Assembly (NCBI GenBank): GCA_012026655.1
Contig: JAAILG010000360.1
Coordinates: forward strand, 1-64,000
Source: Hydrolagus affinis
Lineage: Eukaryota
Reading direction: 5' to 3'
DNA length: 64,000 nt
Made by a program: the position numbers and the translations under genes. Of this stretch, positions 25,485-36,125 are shown piece after piece (positions within the stretch are counted from its first letter, which is position 1; the number at the start of each line of letters is the position of its first letter). The notes under the pieces were generated by a model. The model made no database searches, was not told the origin of the DNA, and saw nothing but the letters and a program-made list of their open reading frames with translations.

Positions 25485-25673
25485 CCGATCCTGTCTGTTG
25501 TTTGGTTGATAACACTTTCCTGGTCTACAGCACCTCTTGTAGGATAATAACAGTAATAAACCTTGCATCTGATATAGCATCTTATCACGTACATTCAGAC
25601 ATCTCAAAACACTTCACAGAATAAAGTGGATTCAACGTGTATTTTGTGGGCAAAGGATGAAGCAGTTACACAG
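25485..25673 (+). pseudogene. OPN6-like opsin pseudo-exon (TM4-ECL2 start), split by a SINE
   Basis: ctttctgcag| PILSVVWLITLSWSTAPLVG [SINE] G*SSYT-G|gtgcag, equivalent to the opsin IW..FWS.AP.LGWGSY motif with W changed to stop; phase-1 donor. Confidence 0.8.
25546..25653 (-). mobile_element. DeuSINE 3' fragment inserted in the opsin TM4 exon
   Basis: SINE tail (CCTTGCATCTGATATAGC..) flanked by direct repeat AGGAT at 25541-25545 and 25654-25658. Confidence 0.75.
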
Positions 25674-25734
25674 GTGCAGGTGATTTCCTGTAGTTCTCTA
25701 TTATATTCCTATAACCTTATATTGGAGAGATTAC

Positions 25735-26075
25735 AGCACTCGCCTCACAGGCCAGAGACCTGGGATCAATTTCCGGCAGGGTGAAATGTTGGAAAAGTTT
25801 CTATATCCCACACCCCCTCTGTTTACCTAGCAGTAAGTAGTTATTAGTCGATTGACAGATCACTTTTCCGGAGGTAATAAATAATTCCTTCAAAAACCAT
25901 AGTAATAATTTGGTCTCTCAATCTACGACTGTTTGCAGGATGCTACTGTGCACAATTGGCTGCCACATTTTGCACACAAAATATAGAGCCAATACACTTT
26001 ACAGTATATTTTGTGAAGCACTTTGAGACATCTCAAAGATGTGATGAGGCGCTATATCAAATGCAAAGAGTATTA
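25735..26075 (+). mobile_element. DeuSINE-like tRNA SINE
   Basis: Partial head, Deu core and tail. Confidence 0.8.
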
Positions 26076-27039
26076 TATATTACAGGGTAAGCTAACATAC
26101 AACATAGTGTTATGACATCAGGAAAGAATAACAGAAAAATATTGATGGGATTGTCTTTGTGATGTGACCATGTAAATCTTTACTTTTTAATTTGGCTGCA
26201 AAGCAACCTAATAAGCTAGTTTTCAATCAATAAAGATTGCTTTATTAAAAGCAATGTTAATCACACTTTCCAAAAATTATGTGGAAGTTGATAAGAGGAG
26301 AAAGATGGATAGTTGAACCTGGTTAATGTTTTTAGCAATCCCATAAACAGAGTGGAGCTGGTGGGTGTGGGGAGTGAGGAGTGTGGATTAAAGTACAGCA
26401 GATATCTTAGTATACATAAAAAGGGAACAAATTGAGAATTACAGGTACTGGTAATGAGGAAAATATTTGGAAGCAATCTACAAGTGCTTTGAGTGCAGTA
26501 TTCATTTATCCACATCCATAATGAATAGTTAACTGTGAATTTTAGAAATTAAACATTTACTCTCACAATATATACGATAATGTTTTGAAGACTTCTCTGC
26601 CAGGATAACCAAGTGGATCCAATCTATTTGGATTTTCAAAAGGCACTTTTGATCAATTTTCACACACGCGGCATAAAAAGCTTGTAGAATGAACAGGAAA
26701 TTAGATATTTAACTGACTAAGTGATGGAAAGCAAGAGTTGATGATAAATGGAAATGGCCCCATCCAGGTGGCAGTGATTAGCAAAACTTGTCCTGTGACT
26801 TCCACTGTTTCTATATATAAATAGGGTATTTATTATAAATTTGCTGATGGTCCTCAATGAAGATGCATAATAAATTATTTTCATTAAGAGTATCTTTTGA
26901 TTAATTATCAGAGTTAATTTGGCCATCATTGCATTACATACAGATATTAGCTGCAATTCATACAGTAGATACTGTGTACAGATGTTTTAATAGTTGAATA
27001 AATATCTTTATTTTCATTCTGAGATGATCTTTGCCTTGA

Positions 27040-27355
27040 AACAGCAACTTGTATTTAGCGCACTTCATGGTAATGTCTTGGAGTGCTTTCAGTGGTGGAG
27101 CCTGACGCCAAGGAGGAGAGAGGAAATGACCGAAAGCACGATCGAAAAGGAAAATCTTCAGGCGTGATCTGAAAAAGTGAAAGATGGAAGAAATGTAGAG
27201 GGATTGAAGGAGAGCGTTCTAAAATTCCAGGACATAATGGCTGAAAGCATGGCTGCCATGCAGAGGGAATGAGGGACAAGTAGGAGTCCAGATCCAGCTG
27301 AGTGAAGGTGATGGAGTGAACAGTAGGCAGGTCAGAGAGGTAGGGTGGTGCCGGG
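27040..27355 (-). mobile_element. L2 LINE 3' fragment
   Basis: Similar to the 18780-19306 3' region in reverse orientation. Confidence 0.6.
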
Positions 27356-29511
27356 GATTTTTAACCCATCAGCTAGTCAATGCTAGGTGTTCATATATGT
27401 AGTGATCCTCCCAGGTAGCTGTTCTCAGTGTGAGTCCATTCATGAGAGACATCATAGACCAGCCTCTGCTCTCCTGGCATCCACACATATATAGTTTAAA
27501 GCAGAAGTTACTTGATCGATATAGGAACATTTGCTTTGTTTCTTTTACATAGCCCAGAATGTTGATCTCAAATCTCAACCCCACCACTGTCAGGTACTGA
27601 AGTTACTGAGAAGCACAGCCCAAGAATTCAACCTGGGATTCTCCTGTCCATATGGCTTAACACTGCAACACATGTTGAAGTTATTTATTTTTACAATGCA
27701 CCAGTCACCATATGATTCGAAGATAATGTCATTCACATCTTCACCTTTGATATATTTGAAAAATGTTATAATCCTAATGTAATTTAATTGTAGAAACCTT
27801 GTAAAGTAATGGATTTAAACAACTGCAATAAAACTACATTCCTAACCATGTCGGTTTGAATTTAATGGATCATTAAGCGGAATCCAAGTTTCAAGTACAA
27901 TAAAATCCAGAAAGCAAGGAAATAACAGAATCAGAATCTCATCCATTTTTTAAGAAGTTTGATTTGATACTAATTTAACTGTAAGTAGGAAGACGAATAA
28001 AGTGAAAAAATGGGCTGCTCTCATCTGTATACATGTACTTTCTTAATGCTGTGATAGTTAGGATGAGCTGCGAAAGATTGCTTTGGCTTCAGCGACAATT
28101 GAACTGGCCCAAAGCTGAATTCTAAACGAAATTTGGCCTTTCACAATTGATTCAGGTGGCTGAAGCCAAGCTTTCATTAATTAGAAACCAAAGGACTTTG
28201 CTTTGACTGGATAAATTGCATTCAGGATATTAAACATTCAAGCCTAATAGTGGCAGAGTATTCTTTGAGAAATGAGTTAACCAAAACAAATGTCTCGTGT
28301 ACGTTTCATCCCTGAATGAAAGGAAGTGACCTCCTAGTGAGTAAGGACTACTTATAACTTATTGTTCCCTTGTCTCAGCCAGCCACCTCATCTTTGTAAT
28401 CTAACCAAGACCTTTCGCCTCCTGTCTGACGGAGGGATGACTGTAAAGACGACGCAAAGCCATTATTGCAGACCAGTTCTCCCAATTCATAGTGCATAAC
28501 ACGCTTATTTTCACCTGTGAGATCATCCCAGGAGAAACTCACAAGTCCTAGTTGATTGTTGTAAATGTACTGATCAAGGTATCAGTCAAATTCTAAGATT
28601 AATTTAGTGCTACATCTTAACACTGCAATTCATCTCAAAACTATTTATATTGGGTAACATATTGCAGAAATCTCTTTACCCTGTGTAAAACAGTCTGTTT
28701 TGCTATATCAAATGCAAGGATTTCTTTCATCCGTAAGATCCTAATTTTAAACTATCCATCAATGTTTCAAATATTTCATCCTGTTGAACAATTTCTCTGG
28801 ATCGCCTTCTTAATTCCTTTAATTATCTTAAATACTTGTATCAGGTCAGTTATTTTCTGAAGAGGACGAGCCATCATAACCTAACTTCTGCCATTATTGT
28901 GGTTACTCACTTCTAATCTATTGCAAGGGTAATTATATCCTGCCACAGTTTAAAACTGCACACAGTATTTCAAATGAGGTCTGGCCCCCAAAAGAGCTTC
29001 TTTTGATTTGTACTCCATCCCTCTGCTAATCCACCATTGATCCTTATTTGATATTTATTTACTTCTAGAAAATGATTTCATGTGTTTATTGATACAAACC
29101 TTTAGGATGGCGAGGCTATTGATACGCTGTACAACTGGTTGAGTTACTGCCGGCTCATTCTTTTAATTCTTTATACCCACACCATTAGTTCACCTATTCA
29201 AATCTGCTTGAATCAAGTTGCCACATTTTTTCATCTGTCTCTTGTTTTTACATCAATTGCACACATGGATTGCTCATGAACCTTTTTAAATCTTAAGAGT
29301 TTTATTATAAATTCTTTATAATAAGTTTTATTATAAGTTTCACGAATAGCTGAGATACCTCACTTGGTCCTCTGTGCAGCTTGAAAATTTCTCATTCCGA
29401 AATTCCTTCTTTTCTAAGCGAATTTTGAATTGAATGATACATCTGTTCTCTATCACTTTAACTTATATACAGATGGTCTGGAACATTATCAAAACCTTAC
29501 TGAAAGGCTTA

Positions 29512-29811
29512 TGGAGTCCTGTAGCTCAGTGGTTAGAGCATTCACCTCACAAGCGAGAGACCTGAGTTTTGATTCCCAGTAGGAGAAAGCCTTGGGCAAG
29601 TTTCCTTTCACCACACATCTGATAATAATCTCTCAAAATATTAACAATAATAAATTAGTCACTTCATTCCACAACTGTTTATAAGACACTGCTGTGCGCA
29701 ATTGACTGCTGAATCCACCCACAAATATACAGCCAATTCACTTTATATAATTTTCTATGAAAAATAGAAGACATGAAAAACGCTATATCAAACGCAAGGA
29801 TTATTTTATTA
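29512..29811 (+). mobile_element. DeuSINE-like tRNA SINE
   Basis: GGAGTCCTGTAGCTCAGTGGTTAGAGC head, core and tail. Confidence 0.85.
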
Positions 29812-29849
29812 TACATGAAAATTCAATAGATATATATTTTTTCCCTCCA

Positions 29850-30290
29850 CAAGCTGCAGATCATCGAGAACTCTGCAGCTCATGTGTTCTCTCACACCAG
29901 GTACTGTGACCACATCACACCCACCCTCACCCTGGCTCACCATTCCTGAGAGCATCAAGTTCAAAATTCCCGTTCTCACCTTCAAGGATCTCTACGGTCT
30001 TGCCCCCACTATCAGAGGTCGGGCTTTCAGTCTCTTTGCTCGCATCCTCTGGTGCTCCATCTCACATTCCTTTTCCACATTCCCTCTCTTGCCTCCTCCA
30101 AAGCACACCTCAAGACCCTCCACCTTGACCACACCTTCAACCACCCACCTCACACCCACTCCACCCTCCCTGATGCCAACCCATCCCCCACCATCCAGCT
30201 CGGGTCCTAATTCCTGAGTGTTCAGAGCCTCGGGAGGTCCTCCCAACTTTATAAATGTAATTTATAAAAGGCACTTTATAAATGTAATTA
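29850..30290 (+). mobile_element. L2 LINE 3' fragment
   Basis: ORF-track peptide WLTIPESIKFKIPVLTFKDLYGLAP matches the L2 ORF2 end. Confidence 0.75.
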
Positions 30291-30561
30291 TGTATTCTAT
30301 TGTATAAATAATCAGTTGTGTTGCACTGTCCATCATTGTCAATAATATCATTTTAAATTCCAGCAAACTGATTAAACTTGACTTCTAGTTTCTGAATCAA
30401 TGATGACTATCCTTGATTTTTCAAGTGGTTTCCCACTAGGTCTCTATTTCAGTGATTTTACCTAAACCAATGTTTAACTTACTGACCTGTAGTTTCCAGG
30501 TATATTTTTGATCCTAGCTATGCTCCACTTTTCAGCAATCCATCTCAAGCTTAGTGAAGAT

Positions 30562-30745
30562 CAGTGGCAGAGCCAGGTTTTGCAAGGGGTGGGGGTTGGA
30601 GGGAGGATTATGGGGCCACCTTACAGCTCTCCACCATGCCTCCTTTCACAATACGCTTGAAAAGTTACCAAACACACACATCTAAAGACCACCGGGAGTG
30701 CAGTCACATGCCCACCCCACCACGCCCCTATTATCTCCGCTATTG
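30562..30745. mobile_element. hAT-type MITE with perfect 8-bp TSD
   Basis: GTGAAGAT at 30554-30561 and 30746-30753; imperfect TIRs CAGTGGCAGAG / CTCCGCTATTG. Confidence 0.8.
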
Positions 30746-31397
30746 GTGAAGATACAAAAATATCAGCTAAAATATTAATTCCAATATCCATTTCCCAGAA
30801 CCTCAAAAGTTTTTGGACCAAAGAACTTTGTTTCAAAAATGACTTGTTTTTGTGCAATATAAGTATATCTGGCATTATGGGGACAGGAACCTTTCTTTCC
30901 TGGAAATCTGATTCCTGACTTTGGGTAACTGTGCCTTCCAGTTCTTAATAAAGATAGATGAAAGGTAACTGTGTTTTACATTATTTCAATAAATTGCTGT
31001 ATTCTCCGTATCACTTTTCAGGGAATGCACCCTTTGTTTACAGAGGATACATTTGAAAAACCCTTAAAAAAAAACTCTTGGCCTGGTCAAGACTCCAAGG
31101 CATTCTAACACACACTCTCTCTTGGCTTCAGCAATTATCTTAATTTTCTAAAACTTTCTTCTGCTTGTCTTTATAATTTGCCAATCCTCTCTACCAGATC
31201 CTTCATAGTGTTCTGAAAGCCTCTTTATCCAAATACTATTTTTTATCCCTACTTAACCGCATTTGCCTCATTAATCCGTTTTGCTTTGGTTGCAATGAGC
31301 ATTATATAAACAGGTGTTATATCCCAAAATTCAAAGTTTAAAAACTGATCCTTAATTTTGGCCACGTTGGTAACTGTTCCTGTGTCTTATTTTTCAG

Positions 31398-31850
31398 ATA
31401 ATTTATGCTGCCTTCATTCTGGATTCCCCCCACGACTACCACCATCCCTTGCCCCATGCAATCATCTCTACTTGGTCTGCTTGTGGTTTCAATGTCCAGA
31501 CCATCACCCGTAGCCTGGTCTGCCTCATCACCATGTCTGCCAGCATTTATAACCCCATCATCAACTTTGGCACAAACCCCAAATTCTACAAGAATGTTCC
31601 AGCTCTCTTCTACTGCTTGAAAGAAGAGAACAATGCAAGCTTTGTTAAGCCAATAAACCACATCAATGAAAGGATAAAGGTAGATTCGCTGAACCAGGCT
31701 GACAAGCTCCAGGTTCCTAAAGTCCCTATAGCCCCTACCATGGCTGAGAACCCAGACTTGCCTGAGATGCCAATTTCAAATACCAATATCCCAAGCATTG
31801 GTCTGACCTTTGGTCAATGTAATCAACACTTAAAACAAGATGGAGGGTGA
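31398..31850 (+). pseudogene. OPN6-like opsin terminal exon (TM6-TM7-C tail), open frame, Lys296 replaced by Met
   Basis: ttttcag| IIYAAFIL-DSPHDYHHPL-PHAIISTWSACGFNVQTITRSLVCLITMSASIYNPIINFGTNPKFYKNVPALFYC..., 150 codons to TGA. Aligns to OPN6 AFILAWSPYAVVSMWSAWGFHVPNLTSIFTRLFAKSASFYNPLIYFGLSSKFRKDV (from recall). Confidence 0.88.
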
Positions 31851-32572
31851 TTCCAATCTTTGATCCAGAAAGCGTTATTTACAACTTAAGTTTGACTTTA
31901 AAATCTGTGTTAATTACAATATTTATTTAGTTTAATGCCTTTTTTTTGGTGGAATTTTAGTCAAAATAATTATATGTTTAAATGTGACCTGATTAAGTAA
32001 GTGTGTGTGATTTTTAAAAAAAATAATGTATTGGAAGTTTCTCTGTGAAATAAAATGGCTGACTAGGCACCTGCTACAGTAACCCATGCCTGGCAGACAT
32101 TATTGCTGTGTTAGGTACCACTTCTATGAAAATAAGTGTTGATGCTTTATTGCGATTATATCACCTGCGAGTTAATTGTCTCACTATAGGTAGAAATCAC
32201 AAGGTGTTGATGCCACAGCATTTTAAACGCAAGTAAGGCATATGTAGTACTGTACTTGTGTTACTGAAAAGAAGATAACAGAAAATAGAGAAGCAATTTA
32301 CTAAGATATGAGATAGCTATAAAGGTCACTTTTGCATTTTTACCATGACATTTGTACTCCTTCAACAAGTCACCCGATGGGAATCAAGGCGTACTGAAGG
32401 GAACATAAAAGATTTGTGTTCACTTTGGGTTGCAAAGCAGAACGGAAACACATCAGTTTGAAATAAGTGAGTTTACAGTACTTGAACAACCCAGAGGAAT
32501 GTGACTTCCCACCTACCTTTCCCTGTGGGGTTGAAGAACACGACCAATAAGTGAACCTGCTCGTCATTTACG

Positions 32573-32858
32573 TGGAGTCCTGTAACTCAGTGGGTAGAGC
32601 ACTCGCTTCACAATTCAATTCCAGGCTGGGTGAAACCTTGGGCAAGTTTCCTTACTCCACACGCCTAATAATAATCCCTCAATAATAAATTTGTCATTTC
32701 AATCCACCACTGTTTGTGGGACACCGCTGTGTGCAATTGGCTGCCGCGTTTTGCCCACGAATATACAATCAATTCACTTTACAGTATATTCCGTGAAGAC
32801 GTTTGGAGATGTCTAGAAGGCGTGAAAGGCGCTATATCAAATGCAAGGATTATTATTG
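32573..32858 (+). mobile_element. DeuSINE-like tRNA SINE
   Basis: Head, Deu core and tail; retains several CpGs. Confidence 0.85.
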
Positions 32859-33049
32859 TGATTATTTATTGTATGCCCAGCTTCCCCGCTGCTGAGATGG
32901 GATGCTATTAGCTAATACGCTATTAGCAATATAAATATTTCTGAAGCAAAATGATCAAATTCGGTTTGGAGGGAGAAAGAGACAAAGCGATATCTCTTCT
33001 GGTGCTTTCCATAAACGTTCGGCTCATCACAACAGGTAGATTTGGGAAA

Positions 33050-33625
33050 GCCGAGCAAAGGAACGGGTGAGTGAGCAGAGGGCGCCGGGCGTGACTGAAA
33101 ATAAATAGAAAAGGCAATGTCGCAGGAATGTTACTGTTCAAAATAAATACTCTATCAGAAAGTGAATGTTTACAGAAATAACCCCCCGAGTTTACAATCA
33201 CTCTGGCTGCACCTGTTCACGGGTTGCCGTGGGTCGGTGTGTTAATAGCAATCAGTGTTATTAAATGTTACTCAAATATATCTCCAGACCCTTCACAGCC
33301 CCAGAAGCCTCAACACAAGCCTCACTCTCTCCCCCCCCAATGAACAACCTTGCCCCTCACACCCTGGCTCCAATATTCACCCGCTGGACATGTAAAAAGG
33401 TCGAAGCCGGATTGCTGGGAGCGAGTCAACCGCGTGTTAATAGCAGATCTTGTTTCCCAAACCCCAAACCCAGGGAGATGTTGAGAAAGTGTCGCGGGAC
33501 TGACTGACTGACTGCCAGGCAGACATTCAGATGAAAATCCAGTCATTCGTATCGTTTAAAAAAAAAAAAAAAATTGCGCCTTTCGTAACGCCTCGGCGTG
33601 ACGCAATCAGATGTATTTAGGTGAA
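33050..33625 (+). promoter_or_regulatory. Putative COCH promoter / proximal enhancer
   Basis: Locally GC/CpG-richer; forkhead-like motifs (AAAATAAATA twice, TGTTTAC), duplicated GTGTTAATAGCA, TGACGCAAT (ATF/CEBP-like) at ~33599 and TATTTAG at ~33614, upstream of the first donor site. Confidence 0.45.
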
Positions 33626-33639
33626 TTGGAGAAGTTTGG

Positions 33640-33767
33640 GTTGAAGTTGACTGGCTGCCCGCAGTGACTTGTGGAGGTTCAAGCATCCGTCCGTCTGTCT
33701 GTCTGTCTGTCTGCTCAGTGCATCTCAGAGTCTCCTGTCCTGTCGCCTGCGGTGGGGAGTGTTACCT
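33640..33767 (+). other. COCH: Putative COCH non-coding exon 1 (start uncertain)
   Basis: Strong donor CCT|GTAAGT at 33767/33768, upstream of the ATG exon; human COCH also has a non-coding first exon. Confidence 0.55.
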
Positions 33768-34068
33768 GTAAGTAGGGACTGTGTCACTAACTGTGTCACT
33801 AACTGTGTTAGACACCGGGATCTGGCTGTTGTTTCCAGTTAACAAGCTCAGGACTGTGCAGTGAGTTAGTGTGTGTGTGTGTGTGTGTATTTCACTGTGC
33901 ATTCAACCTGGTTCATAATCTGAACAGACAGACACCGACAGTTCAGTGCAAGGCACAGAAACCCGGGGTCAATTTCGGAATTCATACAAACCTGGACATT
34001 TGTAACTTAAAAATCATGAGAGTCCCAAGGTTAATATCAACGCTGATGTCGCATAGAGACAAATGATC

Positions 34069-34070
<2 letters not shown>

Positions 34071-34099
<29 letters not shown>
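34071..34099. repeat. (TG)n microsatellite
   Basis: Directly visible. Confidence 0.95.
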
Positions 34100-34102
<3 letters not shown>

Positions 34103-34751
34103 CTTTTAGAAGGAAAAACGTGAGTGTCTTTTCAAATGCTTTTTCGTTCGTTTTTTGCATAGATATGTTGTCGTGTCCATGCAGTGGCGTGTAATACAAT
34201 AAAACTACAATAAGGCAGCGTTGGGGAAGGAAAATAAAGCAACATAGAGCGAGACACACAGAGCAGACTCGCTGCTGAGTGTAGGTGAGGGAGGGAGCGC
34301 ATTGCTCACAGGTCTGTTCAGCTCTGACCCACAGATTAGTTTCCATCACACAGGTGCTGGAGATATTTAACCCGGGGGGGGAGGGGGGGGGCTGTTATTG
34401 CTACACCTATACACTACAGATATAGATATATATATGTGTGTGTGTGGGTGTGTGGGTCCCATCTGTTTCCGATCCTAAAGTATCTGTGGTCTGTGTTACT
34501 GTCACATTGATGTCGTGTTGATGTTTCGGTGCGCGGTGTTGTGAGCAGAGGGTCTCTCTCTGGAATATCGCTCAATGGCTAAACCTCGCAATCGTTGCGT
34601 TTTCCATATTCTTGTTAAACAGTGGTGTTGTTTTGCTTGTACAGTGTTTATTTTGCTTGTACGGCGTTTTTTTTTAAAGCAGGGAACGTCTGTAAGATCA
34701 CTTAACGCCAATGTTCCCGTGAATGGCACTTTGTGATTTGTGTGTTTTTTT

Positions 34752-34789
34752 CACACACACACACACTCTCTCTCTCTCTCTCTCTCTCA
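34752..34789. repeat. (CA)n(CT)n compound microsatellite before the COCH exon 2 acceptor
   Basis: Directly visible. Confidence 0.9.
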
Positions 34790-34850
34790 CCTCTCACTCC
34801 TCACTCTCTCTAGCTCTGAAGACTTTGAACTGTGAGGCTGGAGAGAAGGC

Positions 34851-34893
34851 ATGACCATGTCAGCGCTCGCCACAGCGATTCTCTCTCTTGTCG
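34851..34893 (+). CDS. COCH: COCH first coding exon, signal peptide MTMSALATAILSLV(G)
   Basis: Acceptor at 34813/34814; ATGs at 34851 and 34857 (ACCATG); donor G|gtaagt, phase 1. Confidence 0.85.
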
Positions 34894-35323
34894 GTAAGTG
34901 TCTGACCCAGTGTTGGCACAGCGAGTGTGATCCGTGTTTCTGAACCCGGTCGGTGAGAGACTTGTCGGCAAACACGCGAACTGCGAGTGAGTTTAACGCC
35001 TGAACACACCCGGTCCAGGTTCCACTGCGTAAAATCCGACACCGGGTTAGAGAGACAGACCGGTTTGCCGGGTGGGAAAGGAGTGGATCCATTGCATTGT
35101 TTGGCAGCGAGAATTGCTCATGTTTGTTTACTTTTATGATGGTTATTGTTATTATTAAATAATACATGTTGGCCCGAGGGTGAAGCTGTGATTTTCCCAG
35201 CCCGGGTTTGCCTGTATATTGGAAGAGCGCTCTGCACACACACTGTCGAGTCTTGCGGCTCACTTTCGCTCGTATGTGTGAAGTACATTAGCAATGACTC
35301 CCAGGATTTACAACACGTTTCTT

Positions 35324-35327
<4 letters not shown>

Positions 35328-35357
<30 letters not shown>
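35328..35357. repeat. (TG)n microsatellite abutting the COCH exon 3 acceptor
   Basis: (TG)n-CAG|exon. Confidence 0.95.
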
Positions 35358-35360
<3 letters not shown>

Positions 35361-35405
35361 GAATCCTCACCCTCACCTCACCAGCAGCAGGGAATCAGCA
35401 ATCGG
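35361..35405 (+). CDS. COCH: COCH exon (G)ILTLTSPAAGNQQS, end of signal peptide
   Basis: 45 nt, phase 1 to 1, gtaagt donor; completes a hydrophobic signal peptide. Confidence 0.8.
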
Positions 35406-35968
35406 GTAAGTCGCTACTCGACTTCCAAACTCACAACCATCAGAAAGTTTATTTTCTGTGTGATTTGTTTTCTGTTGCTTGTCTAGTGAAGAATAGGAAA
35501 TAACATTTAATATTAAAAAAAAAGGAAGGTATCCTCTGTATTCAACAATAATGATTCCCTTGATATTCAGTAATACGTGTTTCATAATACATATTTAGAT
35601 CTGTAGACTTAATGTCCACCCCTATTGTAAACATGGTGCCATGTATACTTTCCTCCTATCGAGTCAGACAGTACAGTATAAATATATTGTGTAACACAGT
35701 GTGTGCAGCACTGGGCGATTTAAATAATCAACAACACGATTATGTGGAGACAGGTTAACTACACGATAAGGAGCTGTATCAGATGCAAAGATCATTATTA
35801 TCAGTATTATTATTATTAATGCTGTGTGCAGCTGCTGTAACGTTGCGCTGGGATGTTTGGGGATATCAATTTCCATTGTTTTCTTAATTAAAAATTTATT
35901 TAACGGTTTGGCCTTTTACATTGCGTTACCAGTGATTGCTGCATCAACATTTTTTTGTTCCTTAAAAG

Positions 35969-36125
35969 TGCCAGTTTCCATTGAATGTACCACCAGAGGT
36001 GCCCGCGTTAAGGAGAAGGTGGCTGTCGTGCTGTGCCCCCCCGGCTGTGCCTACCCTCAACTCGCAGTCTGGGGGTCAGGGGTTTATGCCTCGGTGTCCA
36101 GCGTCTGTGCGGCCGCCGTGCACAG
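35969..36125 (+). CDS. COCH: COCH LCCL domain exon (VPVSIECTTRG..CPPGC..VYASVSSVCAAAVH)
   Basis: LCCL signature Y..SS.C.AAVH; 157 nt, phase 1 to 2. Confidence 0.97.

Noticed and set aside
28098-28125. Peptide NWPKAEF resembling opsin ECL2 (DWxKAxF)
   Set aside because: It lies inside a hairpin element, with no acceptor and no upstream Cys/GTC motif; probably chance.
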